Source: Actinomycetota bacterium
GTDB lineage: Bacteria > Actinomycetota > Acidimicrobiia > IMCC26256 > PALSA-610
Reading direction: 5' to 3'
DNA length: 62,555 nt
NCBI GenBank assembly: GCA_005772765.1
Contig: SXIR01000051.1
Coordinates: 1 to 62,555 of the forward strand
Shown: positions 17,851 through 26,095 of the stretch, one piece after another
How the letters are laid out: every line of letters begins with the position of its first letter
How positions within the stretch are numbered: the stretch's first letter is position 1
Notes under the pieces: model-generated
The model's input: only the letters and a program-made list of their open reading frames with translations
The model's database searches: none
Told to the model about the DNA's origin: nothing
Made by a program: the position numbers and the translations under genes

Positions 17851-18297
17851 TCACCAGTAGCCGGCCATCAACTCCGTCGCCCAGATCGGTTGGCGGATGT
17901 CGCCTCTCGGCGCGAACTCGCGCAGGTACGGCTTGATGTCGAGGACCGGGCTCCCATCGATCGCATCGAGACCCCGCACGCGCAGTTCTCGTCCGTCGAG
18001 ACCGACGACCTCGCAGGTCGTCAGACCGATGCGGTTCGGCCGGGCCTTGGCCCGTTGGGCAAAGATCCCCACGGCAGGCCACTCCAGGTTGTTCCTCGGG
18101 TGCCGGGCTCCGACGTTGACCTTGCGCTCATCGACTTGGTCGAACACGAAGATCACCTCGACGTGGCTGAAGGCATCGAGCCCCGCGAGCGCTTCGGCCG
18201 GAAATCGCTCATCGAGCACGATGGTCGACTCGACGGTCCCCCAGTCGTCGTCGATCGCATCAACTCTCCCGCCTCGCACCACTGCTACCGGCAACAT
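17851..18297 (-). CDS. TsaA/TrmO-like (YaeB/UPF0066) domain protein
   Basis: FSHVEVIFVFD, RPNRIGLTTCEVV, LDAIDGSPVLDIKPY. Confidence 0.75.
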   Translation of the reverse strand: MLPVAVVRGGRVDAIDDDWGTVESTIVLDERFPAEALAGLDAFSHVEVIFVFDQVDERKVNVGARHPRNNLEWPAVGIFAQRAKARPNRIGLTTCEVVGLDGRELRVRGLDAIDGSPVLDIKPYLREFAPRGDIRQPIWATELMAGYW

Positions 18298-19349
18298 TGC
18301 ACGTCCTCCTGATATCGAGATCGGATTCGATCGACGACCGCCCGTGGACCGGCCACGACGACGTATTCGAGATTGCGCAGATGCGACACCGCGCCGACGC
18401 GTTTGCCGGATGGGTCGTGGATTCCGATCTGGGCTCCGACATAACGCTTCGAGTCGAACGCCAACGCGACCACGTCACCATGCACCGCCGCCATGTCGCG
18501 CAGGTCGTCGATGGCAACCCACGACTCGTTGTTGTACGACACGATCACAATCTCTGCATCGACGGCAGCGATCGTCTCGCGAAGCGCCGTCGCCATGCGA
18601 CGTTTGTCGTTGAAAATGCTCTTCGTCTCCACGCTGCGGCTGTCGGCCCGCTTGCACGCAACGCCGTAGTGCTCGGGAGCGTCCCACGCGACCAAGGTCT
18701 CGAAGACGTGATAGTTCGTGAAGTAGCGGTGTTGGTTGTACGGAGGGTCGAGATAGGCAAGGTCGAACGAGCCCAGCGCCGACGCGATCTGGTGGGCGTC
18801 ACCCCGCCGCACCACACCCGTACCGCCCAGGAGTTGCGGACGCCGCAGTTGAAGGTCGTTGTGCGCGCGCGGCGCCCATTGTTTGAGGTACGCCATCTGG
18901 ACGCCCGTCGTCGAGTCGACACGGTCCGCGGCCAGTACCAGGCTGGTGAGCAAGATCGGATACAGCGGCGAATCTCGATGATCGAGTTCGATGGCGTTGC
19001 GAATCGCGTCGACGCGTTCACCGTTCTTCGGGTGGAAGAACCTCGACTCCACACAGAAGGTTTGGGTGAAGTAGCCGGGTTCTCCAGGGAGGCCTGCGAG
19101 TCGTTCCAACACGGCATCGAGGTCGTCGTGGTCGATCGCATCGGCATCGGTTTCGATCCAGCAGCGACCGAACACCTCGGCGTAACGGGCCGTGTCGACG
19201 GCCGTGACGCGCGCACCTCGGCGTTTGAACTCTTGGGCAACGCGGGTCGTGCCGGTGAACAGATCGAGCGCGGTACGCGCCCCCGTCGTCGCGAAGATCT
19301 CTCCCAACACCGGGAGTAGCCGTCGCTTCGAACCGAGGTACTTGATCAC
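18285..19349 (-). CDS. D12-class (Dam-like) N6-adenine methyltransferase
   Basis: N-terminus MIKYLGSKRRLLP, motif I DLFTGTTRV, motif IV LDPPYNQ. Overlaps the downstream trmO-like gene by 13 nt and the upstream ybaK-like gene by 4 nt. Confidence 0.8.
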   Translation of the reverse strand: MIKYLGSKRRLLPVLGEIFATTGARTALDLFTGTTRVAQEFKRRGARVTAVDTARYAEVFGRCWIETDADAIDHDDLDAVLERLAGLPGEPGYFTQTFCVESRFFHPKNGERVDAIRNAIELDHRDSPLYPILLTSLVLAADRVDSTTGVQMAYLKQWAPRAHNDLQLRRPQLLGGTGVVRRGDAHQIASALGSFDLAYLDPPYNQHRYFTNYHVFETLVAWDAPEHYGVACKRADSRSVETKSIFNDKRRMATALRETIAAVDAEIVIVSYNNESWVAIDDLRDMAAVHGDVVALAFDSKRYVGAQIGIHDPSGKRVGAVSHLRNLEYVVVAGPRAVVDRIRSRYQEDVQCCR

Positions 19350-19831
19350 GGCTTGACTCGCACCACCGGAGCTCCCGTGACCGCGACGAGATCGGAGGGC
19401 GTCACCGGCCAGACCGAGTCCGGAGACCCGGCCGCGGCCCAGACCTGGGTGAAGTGCAGCAGATCCTCATCGATCACCATCGCAACGTCGGTGACGTGTC
19501 CGATGGGCGGCGTGCCTCCAATGGCAAATCCTGTCGCCGCCCGAACCTCATCGGCGTTGGCCTGCCGTACACGTTCGGCGCTGAAGTGCTCTGCGAGCTT
19601 GGCGGTGTCCGCTCGATTCGCACCCGAAACGAGCGCCATGACCGCCTGAGGTCCACGAGTCGTTGATTCGGCCACGAAGACCAGCGACTTCACGATCGCA
19701 CCGAGTTCGCATCCGATCGCCGCAGCGGCATCCGCGGCGGTGCGGGTTCCCTCGGGAAACCGCGCGACCTCGACCGTCACACCAACGGCGGCCGCCGCCG
19801 CGAGGAATCGATCGATCGCCGGAGTCGTCAC
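19346..19831 (-). CDS. YbaK/EbsC-family aminoacyl-tRNA deacylase
   Basis: 161 aa; IVKSLVF, FAIGGTPPIGH. Confidence 0.75.
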   Translation of the reverse strand: MTTPAIDRFLAAAAAVGVTVEVARFPEGTRTAADAAAAIGCELGAIVKSLVFVAESTTRGPQAVMALVSGANRADTAKLAEHFSAERVRQANADEVRAATGFAIGGTPPIGHVTDVAMVIDEDLLHFTQVWAAAGSPDSVWPVTPSDLVAVTGAPVVRVKP

Positions 19832-22116
19832 TGCCGCGTGGCCAACAGGTTGAGCGCCGAACCTGCACGGAACCAGTCGATGTGTTCATCGCTCATCGTG
19901 TGCTGACATTCGATGGTGTCGGTCGTGCCGTCCGAGTGTCGCACGACGAGCGTGACCTGCGATCCGGGCGCCAAATCCGTCAGTCCGGTGACGTCGATCG
20001 CATCGTCGAACCGGATCTTGTCGTAGTCGTTTGGGTTCGCAAACGTCAGCGGCAGCACGCCTTGCTTCTTGAGATTCGCTTCGTGAATGCGCGCGAACGA
20101 TCGCACGAGGACCACCTTGCCACCCATGTACCGCGGCTCCATCGCCGCGTGTTCGCGTGAGGAACCTTCGCCCCAGTTCTCGTCTCCGACGGCGATCCAG
20201 TCGATGCCTGCGGCTTTGTACTCGCGGGCGAGCTCGGGAATCGGCTTGATCGATCCATCCCGGACGTCTTTGCCCTGCCCTGGCTCGGTGTTGCCGTCGG
20301 CGATCGCGAACGCATTGTTCGCGCCGAGAAACAGGTTGCCGGAGATGTTCGTGAGGTGACCTCGGTACGTCAACCACGGCCCCGCAGGTGAGATGTGGTC
20401 GGTCGTGCACTTGCCCTTCGCCTTGAGTAGCACCCGAAGGCCGGCATAGTCGTTGCCATCCCAGGCCGAAAAGGGCGTCAGCAGTTCGAGTCGATCGCTG
20501 TCGGGCGCGACCGCAACCGTGACCGCTCCCGGGTCGGCCGACGGCGCGACGAACCCGGACTCGCCGGGATCGAAGCCTCGACTCGGCAAGTCGTCGGCGA
20601 ACGGCGCCTCGAGCTGGACCTTCGTGCCGTCGGGCGCAACGATCGGTTCCCGCGTGAAGTCGTGATCGATGCGACCAGCCAAGGCGAGCGCCACGACGGT
20701 ATCGGGGGACCCGATGAAGCTCAGCGTGTCCTTGTTGCCGTCGTTGCGTGCGGGAAAGTTGCGGTTGAACGACGAAACGATCGTGTTCCGTTGACCTTTC
20801 TCGATGTCATCGCGCTGCCATTGGCCGATACAGGGACCACACGCGTTCGCCAGAACGGTCGCTCCGATCGCTTCGAGATCGGCCAGGAGTCCGTCGCGCT
20901 CGATCGTCGCGCGTACTTGCTCGCTGCCGGGCGTGATGAGCAACGGTGACTTCACTCGAATGCCCTTCGCGGCGGCTTGACGCGCAATGTGCGCGGCCCG
21001 GCCGATGTCTTCGTACGACGAGTTGGTGCACGATCCGACGAGCGCAGAACTGATCTCGACGGGGTAGCCCTCGCTCACCACGGCGGCCGCCATGTCGGCG
21101 ATCGGGCGCGTGAGATCGGGCGTGTGCGGCCCGACGAGCCGTGGCCCGAGCGTCGACAGGTCGATCTCGATCACCTGGTCGTAATACGACGACGGGTCGG
21201 CGTCGACCTCGGGATCGTTCCGCAGGTACTCGGCATACCGATCGGCGAGGTCGGCGATCGCAGCCCGCCCGGTCGCTCGCAGGTATCGACCCGCATGCGC
21301 GTCGTAGGAGAACAGCGAACACGTCGCACCGATCTCGGCGCCCATGTTGCACACGGTGGCCTTGCCGGTCGCGCTGATGCTCTCCGCACCGGGACCGAAG
21401 TACTCCACGATCGCGCCAGTCCCACCCTTCACCGTGAGGATGCCGGCGACTTCGAGAATGATGTCTTTCGGCGACGCCCAACCACTCAGCGAACCCGTGA
21501 GCCGCACACCGATCAACTTCGGGATGCGGGTGTTGTAGGGCCAACCCGCCATGACGTCGACCGCGTCGGCACCGCCCACCCCGATCGCGACCATGCCCAG
21601 ACCTCCAGCGTTCGGAGTGTGGCTGTCGGTGCCGATCATCATGCCGCCCGGAAACGCGTAGTTCTCCAGCACGACCTGGTGAATGATGCCGCTGCCGGGC
21701 TTCCAGAAACCGATCCCGAACTTCGAACTCACGGTGCGCAAGAAGTCGTAGACCTCGCGGTTCACGTCGAGGGCCACGCCCATGTCCTGCGCGGCACCGA
21801 CCCGCGCTTGAATCAAGTGGTCGCAGTGCACGGTGCTCGGTACCGCAACTTCGGGCAATCCGGCCAGCATGAACTGGAGCAACGCCATCTGCGCGGTGGC
21901 GTCTTGCATCGCCACGCGATCGGGTCGATAGTCCGCGTAGTCCTTGCCGCGCGCGAGGCCAATCGCGCTCGGGTCATCAGCGTGAGCAAAGAGGATCTTC
22001 TCGCCGAACGTCACCGCACGACCGAGCCGCTCGCGGGCGATGGCGACTCTCGCCGGAAACTGCTCGTACAGCGCTTCGACGAGCGCGGCGGGAGTGTTGG
22101 CTTCAACCTTGGCCAT
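19828..22116 (-). CDS. acn: Aconitate hydratase, short mitochondrial-type (762 aa)
   Basis: DRVAMQDATAQMALLQF, VHCDHLI, GSGIIHQVVLENYAFPG, IGTDSHTPNAGGLG, GSCTNSSYEDI, NACGPCIGQW, GEGSSREHAA, WFRAGSALN. Confidence 0.9.
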   Translation of the reverse strand: MAKVEANTPAALVEALYEQFPARVAIARERLGRAVTFGEKILFAHADDPSAIGLARGKDYADYRPDRVAMQDATAQMALLQFMLAGLPEVAVPSTVHCDHLIQARVGAAQDMGVALDVNREVYDFLRTVSSKFGIGFWKPGSGIIHQVVLENYAFPGGMMIGTDSHTPNAGGLGMVAIGVGGADAVDVMAGWPYNTRIPKLIGVRLTGSLSGWASPKDIILEVAGILTVKGGTGAIVEYFGPGAESISATGKATVCNMGAEIGATCSLFSYDAHAGRYLRATGRAAIADLADRYAEYLRNDPEVDADPSSYYDQVIEIDLSTLGPRLVGPHTPDLTRPIADMAAAVVSEGYPVEISSALVGSCTNSSYEDIGRAAHIARQAAAKGIRVKSPLLITPGSEQVRATIERDGLLADLEAIGATVLANACGPCIGQWQRDDIEKGQRNTIVSSFNRNFPARNDGNKDTLSFIGSPDTVVALALAGRIDHDFTREPIVAPDGTKVQLEAPFADDLPSRGFDPGESGFVAPSADPGAVTVAVAPDSDRLELLTPFSAWDGNDYAGLRVLLKAKGKCTTDHISPAGPWLTYRGHLTNISGNLFLGANNAFAIADGNTEPGQGKDVRDGSIKPIPELAREYKAAGIDWIAVGDENWGEGSSREHAAMEPRYMGGKVVLVRSFARIHEANLKKQGVLPLTFANPNDYDKIRFDDAIDVTGLTDLAPGSQVTLVVRHSDGTTDTIECQHTMSDEHIDWFRAGSALNLLATRQ

Positions 22117-22864
22117 GACGGATCCTCTCTGAGCCCGGATGGTGCTGGCGGGATGGTTCGAAGGCTAGTGATGGAAGTTCGATCTCGACCGACGTGCGGT
22201 CGCCTGGATATCGGTGCAGCGAGAACAGGACGGGTCGATGGTCGATGTCGAACGTGACCCGCCGAGCGGTCAAGACCGGAGCCCCTGGCGCGAGCCCGAG
22301 GTGGAGCGCATCGTCGGATCCGGCGCGATCGGCACCAATCTGCTGGACCGCGCGGCCGAGCGCGACGCCCCGCAGCGGTAACAGGTCGTAGAAGGTCGCC
22401 ATCTCGACTTCGGCTCGACTGATTTCGGCACCATGCAGCGCGGGTAGCCACACGGTCACCAACGCGAAGGGCGTGCCGTCGGCGAGGTTCAATCGTTTCA
22501 CGCGCAACACCTCGTCGCCGAGCGCGACGGCAAGCTCGCGCGCGACGTCGACCGACGCGGGTTCGAACGCGAACTCGAGGACGTGACGCGCGGGCACCGA
22601 ACCGGCGGCCTCGAGTGCTGCTTCGACCGTGGTGACCCGTCCGAGCGCCTGCCGGATCGGATCAGCCGCGACGTACCAACCGCTGCCCCGCCGGCTGGTC
22701 ACGAGCCCCTCACTGCGCAGCACCTCGAGCGCCCGGCGCACGGTCACGCGACTCACGCCGAACTCGGCGCCGAGTTCGGACTCGCTGGGGAGGGCACCGC
22801 CCGCGCCGACCGCGCCCGTCGCGAGCCTCGCTCGCAGCTGATCGGCGACGTCCAGATAGCGCAT
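22103..22864 (-). CDS. GntR-family regulator, HutC subfamily (wHTH + UTRA)
   Basis: LPSESELGAEFGVSRVTVRRALEVLRSEGLVTSRRGSGWYV. The 3' end overlaps the acn start by 14 nt. Confidence 0.85.
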   Translation of the reverse strand: MRYLDVADQLRARLATGAVGAGGALPSESELGAEFGVSRVTVRRALEVLRSEGLVTSRRGSGWYVAADPIRQALGRVTTVEAALEAAGSVPARHVLEFAFEPASVDVARELAVALGDEVLRVKRLNLADGTPFALVTVWLPALHGAEISRAEVEMATFYDLLPLRGVALGRAVQQIGADRAGSDDALHLGLAPGAPVLTARRVTFDIDHRPVLFSLHRYPGDRTSVEIELPSLAFEPSRQHHPGSERIRHGQG

Positions 22865-22905
22865 CCACTTGTATGGTACTTGTATGTGCGCATCCAGTCA
22901 AGTGG
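22865..22905. promoter_or_regulatory. A/T-rich repeat-containing operator/promoter region between gntR and the divergent sulfatase-like gene
   Basis: Direct repeat ACTTGTATG at 22867-22875 and 22878-22886 (11-bp period). GCATCCA occurs at 22861 and 22890. Inverted CCACTTG (22865) / CAAGTGG (22899). Confidence 0.45.
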
Positions 22906-22989
22906 TCGTGGTTCGACGGCAGTAGCGCCGCACTGCGCTTCTAGTGTTCCCCCATCGACGCGACCGTACTGACATCCACGGCACATGAC

Positions 22990-25041
22990 GTGGTCTCCAA
23001 GCCACGGCGGATCCTGCGGCGCGAACTCGGAGCGGCCTGCGAACTCGTCGCGGCGTTCGGCTACGCCGTGACCCAACCTGCCCTCGATCTCCTCGGCCGA
23101 AACCCAGGCGTGTTCCTCGAACGCGGCAGCGACCACCGCGACGCGGCCCTCATTGCGTTGATCACCGCGCTGCTACCAGCGACCTGCGTGTACGGCGTCG
23201 AAGTCATGATCGGCTTCGCATCGGCTCGAGCGCGGCGAGCATTCCATGTCGCTGTGATTGCCGCGCTGATCGGGCTCACCGCCATGATCGCGGTGAAGGC
23301 CGGCGTCGAGCTCGCGCCGCTTCTCTTCGTCGGGATCGCAGTCGCGTTCGCGATCGTTGGCGGGGTTGTCGTGACCCGCTTCGCGACAGCCCGTCTGTTC
23401 CTTCGCTACTCCGCGGTCGGCCCGCCGCTCATGGTGGCCGTATTCCTGTTCGCGTCGGCCGCGTCGACCGTGTTCACCGACCCCGACACCGGCCCGCCTG
23501 CTACCGCCATCGAACGTCCGAGCAGGGTCGTGATGCTGGTCTACGACGAACTACCGCTCGTCTCGCTGCTGGACGCAGAGGGCCAGATCGACGCCGAGCT
23601 CTTCCCCAACTTTGCGCGCCTCGCCGCAACCAGCACGTGGTACCGCAATCATTCGACCGTATCTCCATACACCGAGGTTGCGGTGCCGGCGATTCTGAGC
23701 GGCCGCTACCCGCGCGACACGCGGGCAATCCCGACCCTGGGCGAATACCCCGACAATCTGTTCACGGTCGTGCGTGACCACTACGAGCTCAATGTCAGCG
23801 AGGTCACAACCCGGCTGTGCCCGGGCGGGTGTTCGTCCAACAATCGCCCGGGCCTCGCGGCAGCCTTGGATACCACGATGAAGCTGTGGTGGGATCGCGT
23901 TCGACCTGATCGACTCGCGATCAGTTTCGGCGAAACGGCGGCAACCCGAGACGTTCGACGCACCACGCGACGATTCATTCGATCGTTGCAGGCCACTGCC
24001 ACGACTCCACGTCTCGACTTCGCCCACATCATGCTGCCGCACGAACCGTTCCGTTTCACTGCAAACTTCCAGGACACCCAAGCGCCCGCCGGAATGCCGG
24101 GGGTCGCCTACTTGCGATGGACCGACGGACCTGGAGCCGAAGTTGCACGCCGCCGACACCTCCTCCAACTCCAGACGGCGGACATCACCCTGGGACACGT
24201 CCTCGATCGGCTCGTCGCTCTCGACGAGTTCAACGACACGATGATCGTGGTCACGGCCGACCACGGAATGTCCTTCACGTCTGGCGAGCCATTGCGCAGC
24301 GTCTCCGACCGCAACTTCGCAGAGATCATGTGGACGCCGTTCTTTGTCAAGCGACCCCAGCAGAACAGGGCCGTGGTCGATGACCGGATTTCGGAATCGA
24401 TCGATGTGCTTCCGACCATGTTCGAAGCAATGGGAGTCCGCGCCTCCATCGACTTCGACGGCGTAGCTCATGGCCTACCCCGCCCCGAACGATCGGATGT
24501 GCGTCGCCTGTATCAATCCGGCCGCACTGCGTTCGAGCCTGCCGACGTACTGCGGCCGGAGCCCGGACTCGACTATCTGCAGTTCGACGGTGGCGATGGA
24601 TTCGCCGAAGTCCTCGCCGCCGCACCGTTGGTTCCGGAAGGGGACGACCCAGCATTGCGTACCTATCGGATTGGACCCTTCGGCAGTCTGATCGGACAAC
24701 CAGCGGCACCGTTGCTCGCGGATCGCACATCCGATCACGCCGCCTCGATACGGAACTGGAAATCGCGTTGGGCATCGGTCGATCCCGGTGCCCGAACCCT
24801 GCCGTGGGTGTACAACGAGGTGTTCCTGAACGGCTCACCCAAGTCGGAGACCGTTGCGCTCATCGACAACGGCGTCGTCGTAGCAGTCGGTCAGACCGCG
24901 GTCCTCGATGCTTCCGGTCACGCGTTCGTGATGCTGCTCGTCCCGCCCGCGCTCATGGTGCCTGGCGAACACCGACCGGTCGTCGCCATCGTGCGCGGGA
25001 CCCCAGAACGCCCGGAGCTCGACCCCGTCGTCACCGGCTGA
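22990..25041 (+). CDS. Membrane-anchored sulfatase-like / alkaline-phosphatase-superfamily transferase (LTA-synthase-like architecture)
   Basis: N-terminal TM helices, then LVYDELP...MLPHEPF...VVTADHGMSF. Confidence 0.7.
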   Translation: MVSKPRRILRRELGAACELVAAFGYAVTQPALDLLGRNPGVFLERGSDHRDAALIALITALLPATCVYGVEVMIGFASARARRAFHVAVIAALIGLTAMIAVKAGVELAPLLFVGIAVAFAIVGGVVVTRFATARLFLRYSAVGPPLMVAVFLFASAASTVFTDPDTGPPATAIERPSRVVMLVYDELPLVSLLDAEGQIDAELFPNFARLAATSTWYRNHSTVSPYTEVAVPAILSGRYPRDTRAIPTLGEYPDNLFTVVRDHYELNVSEVTTRLCPGGCSSNNRPGLAAALDTTMKLWWDRVRPDRLAISFGETAATRDVRRTTRRFIRSLQATATTPRLDFAHIMLPHEPFRFTANFQDTQAPAGMPGVAYLRWTDGPGAEVARRRHLLQLQTADITLGHVLDRLVALDEFNDTMIVVTADHGMSFTSGEPLRSVSDRNFAEIMWTPFFVKRPQQNRAVVDDRISESIDVLPTMFEAMGVRASIDFDGVAHGLPRPERSDVRRLYQSGRTAFEPADVLRPEPGLDYLQFDGGDGFAEVLAAAPLVPEGDDPALRTYRIGPFGSLIGQPAAPLLADRTSDHAASIRNWKSRWASVDPGARTLPWVYNEVFLNGSPKSETVALIDNGVVVAVGQTAVLDASGHAFVMLLVPPALMVPGEHRPVVAIVRGTPERPELDPVVTG

Positions 25042-25044
25042 CCA

Positions 25045-25080
25045 GATCGTGGGTCAGTTTGCGCAAACTGACCCACGATC
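25045..25080. repeat. Perfect 36-bp palindrome (hairpin/terminator or operator)
   Basis: GATCGTGGGTCAGTTTGC|GCAAACTGACCCACGATC. It starts 4 nt after the stop at 25041 and lies 40 nt before the next start. There is no T-tract. Confidence 0.7.
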
Positions 25081-25119
25081 GCTGACCACAGACCGATCCG
25101 ACCTGCAAGAATCCCCCGC

Positions 25120-26040
25120 GTGCGAATCGGGATCAACGGCTCATCGTTCATCGCCCTCGGGCGGCCAACGGCCGAAATCGTCGACCATGCCGTCCAGGCG
25201 GAGACCGACGGGTTCTCGGCCTACTGGCTGGCCCAGCTGGCGGTTCCCGACGCGTTGACCGTGCTCGGCGTCGTCGGCCAGGCAACGAGCACGATCGAGC
25301 TCGGTACTGCCGTGATTCCGATCTGGACCCGTCATCCGACCATGCTCGGCGCGCAAGCACTGACGACGAGCGAGATCGCCGGTGGGCGGGTGATCCTCGG
25401 CATCGGTCTGGCGCACAAGCCCTCGGTCGAGGAGCACCTCGGCATCCCGTTCGTCCGCCCGGCCAAGACGATGGACGAGTATCTGTCCGTGCTGATGCCC
25501 GGACTGCACGATCGCAAGATCGACGTGCGCGGCGACATCTACTCCGCCCACGTCGACAGCGTGGGTGGGCCGGCGGGCGTGGCAACACCGTCGGTCATGT
25601 TGGCCGCGATGGGACCGCGCATGCTGGAACTCGCGGGCGCTCGGACCGACGGAACGATTCTGTGGTTGAGCGGCCCGCGCACCATCGACACGGTGATCCG
25701 ACCCGCGATCGAAAAGGCGGCGGCTGGCGCCGGGCGAACCTCGCCGCGCATCGTTGCGAGTGTCCCCGTCTGCGTGACCAGCGACCCCGATGGTGTGCGC
25801 GGCGCGATTGGCGCGGTGCTCGCCGGGTACAACGACCTACCGTCATACCGCGGTGTCATGGACACCGAAGGAGCGGGCGGACCCGCCGACGTTTCGATCG
25901 TCGGCGACGAAGCCCACGTCCGGGCGGAGATCGCTCGATTCGCCGATGCGGGTACCACCGACTTCTCCGCACTCGAGTTCGCACTCGACCCGAACGACGC
26001 AACTCGAACGCGGGCACTCCTGCGCGACCTCACCAACTGA
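25120..26040 (+). CDS. LLM-class (luciferase-like) flavin/F420-dependent oxidoreductase
   Basis: MRIGINGSS..., ETDGFSAYWLAQL, IELGTAVIPIWTRHP. Confidence 0.75.
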   Translation: MRIGINGSSFIALGRPTAEIVDHAVQAETDGFSAYWLAQLAVPDALTVLGVVGQATSTIELGTAVIPIWTRHPTMLGAQALTTSEIAGGRVILGIGLAHKPSVEEHLGIPFVRPAKTMDEYLSVLMPGLHDRKIDVRGDIYSAHVDSVGGPAGVATPSVMLAAMGPRMLELAGARTDGTILWLSGPRTIDTVIRPAIEKAAAGAGRTSPRIVASVPVCVTSDPDGVRGAIGAVLAGYNDLPSYRGVMDTEGAGGPADVSIVGDEAHVRAEIARFADAGTTDFSALEFALDPNDATRTRALLRDLTN

Positions 26041-26095
26041 CCGACTGCGGGCGCTGCGGCGCCGACCTCGTTGCGGCACCTGACAACATGGTCGG

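Noticed and set aside
17851-19349. Restriction-modification system around the adenine methyltransferase
   Set aside because: Neither flanking gene nor any alternative frame shows a nuclease-like (PD-(D/E)xK, HNH, GIY-YIG) protein. The neighbours are YbaK-like and TrmO-like. The MTase is therefore treated as an orphan rather than as an R-M defence locus.
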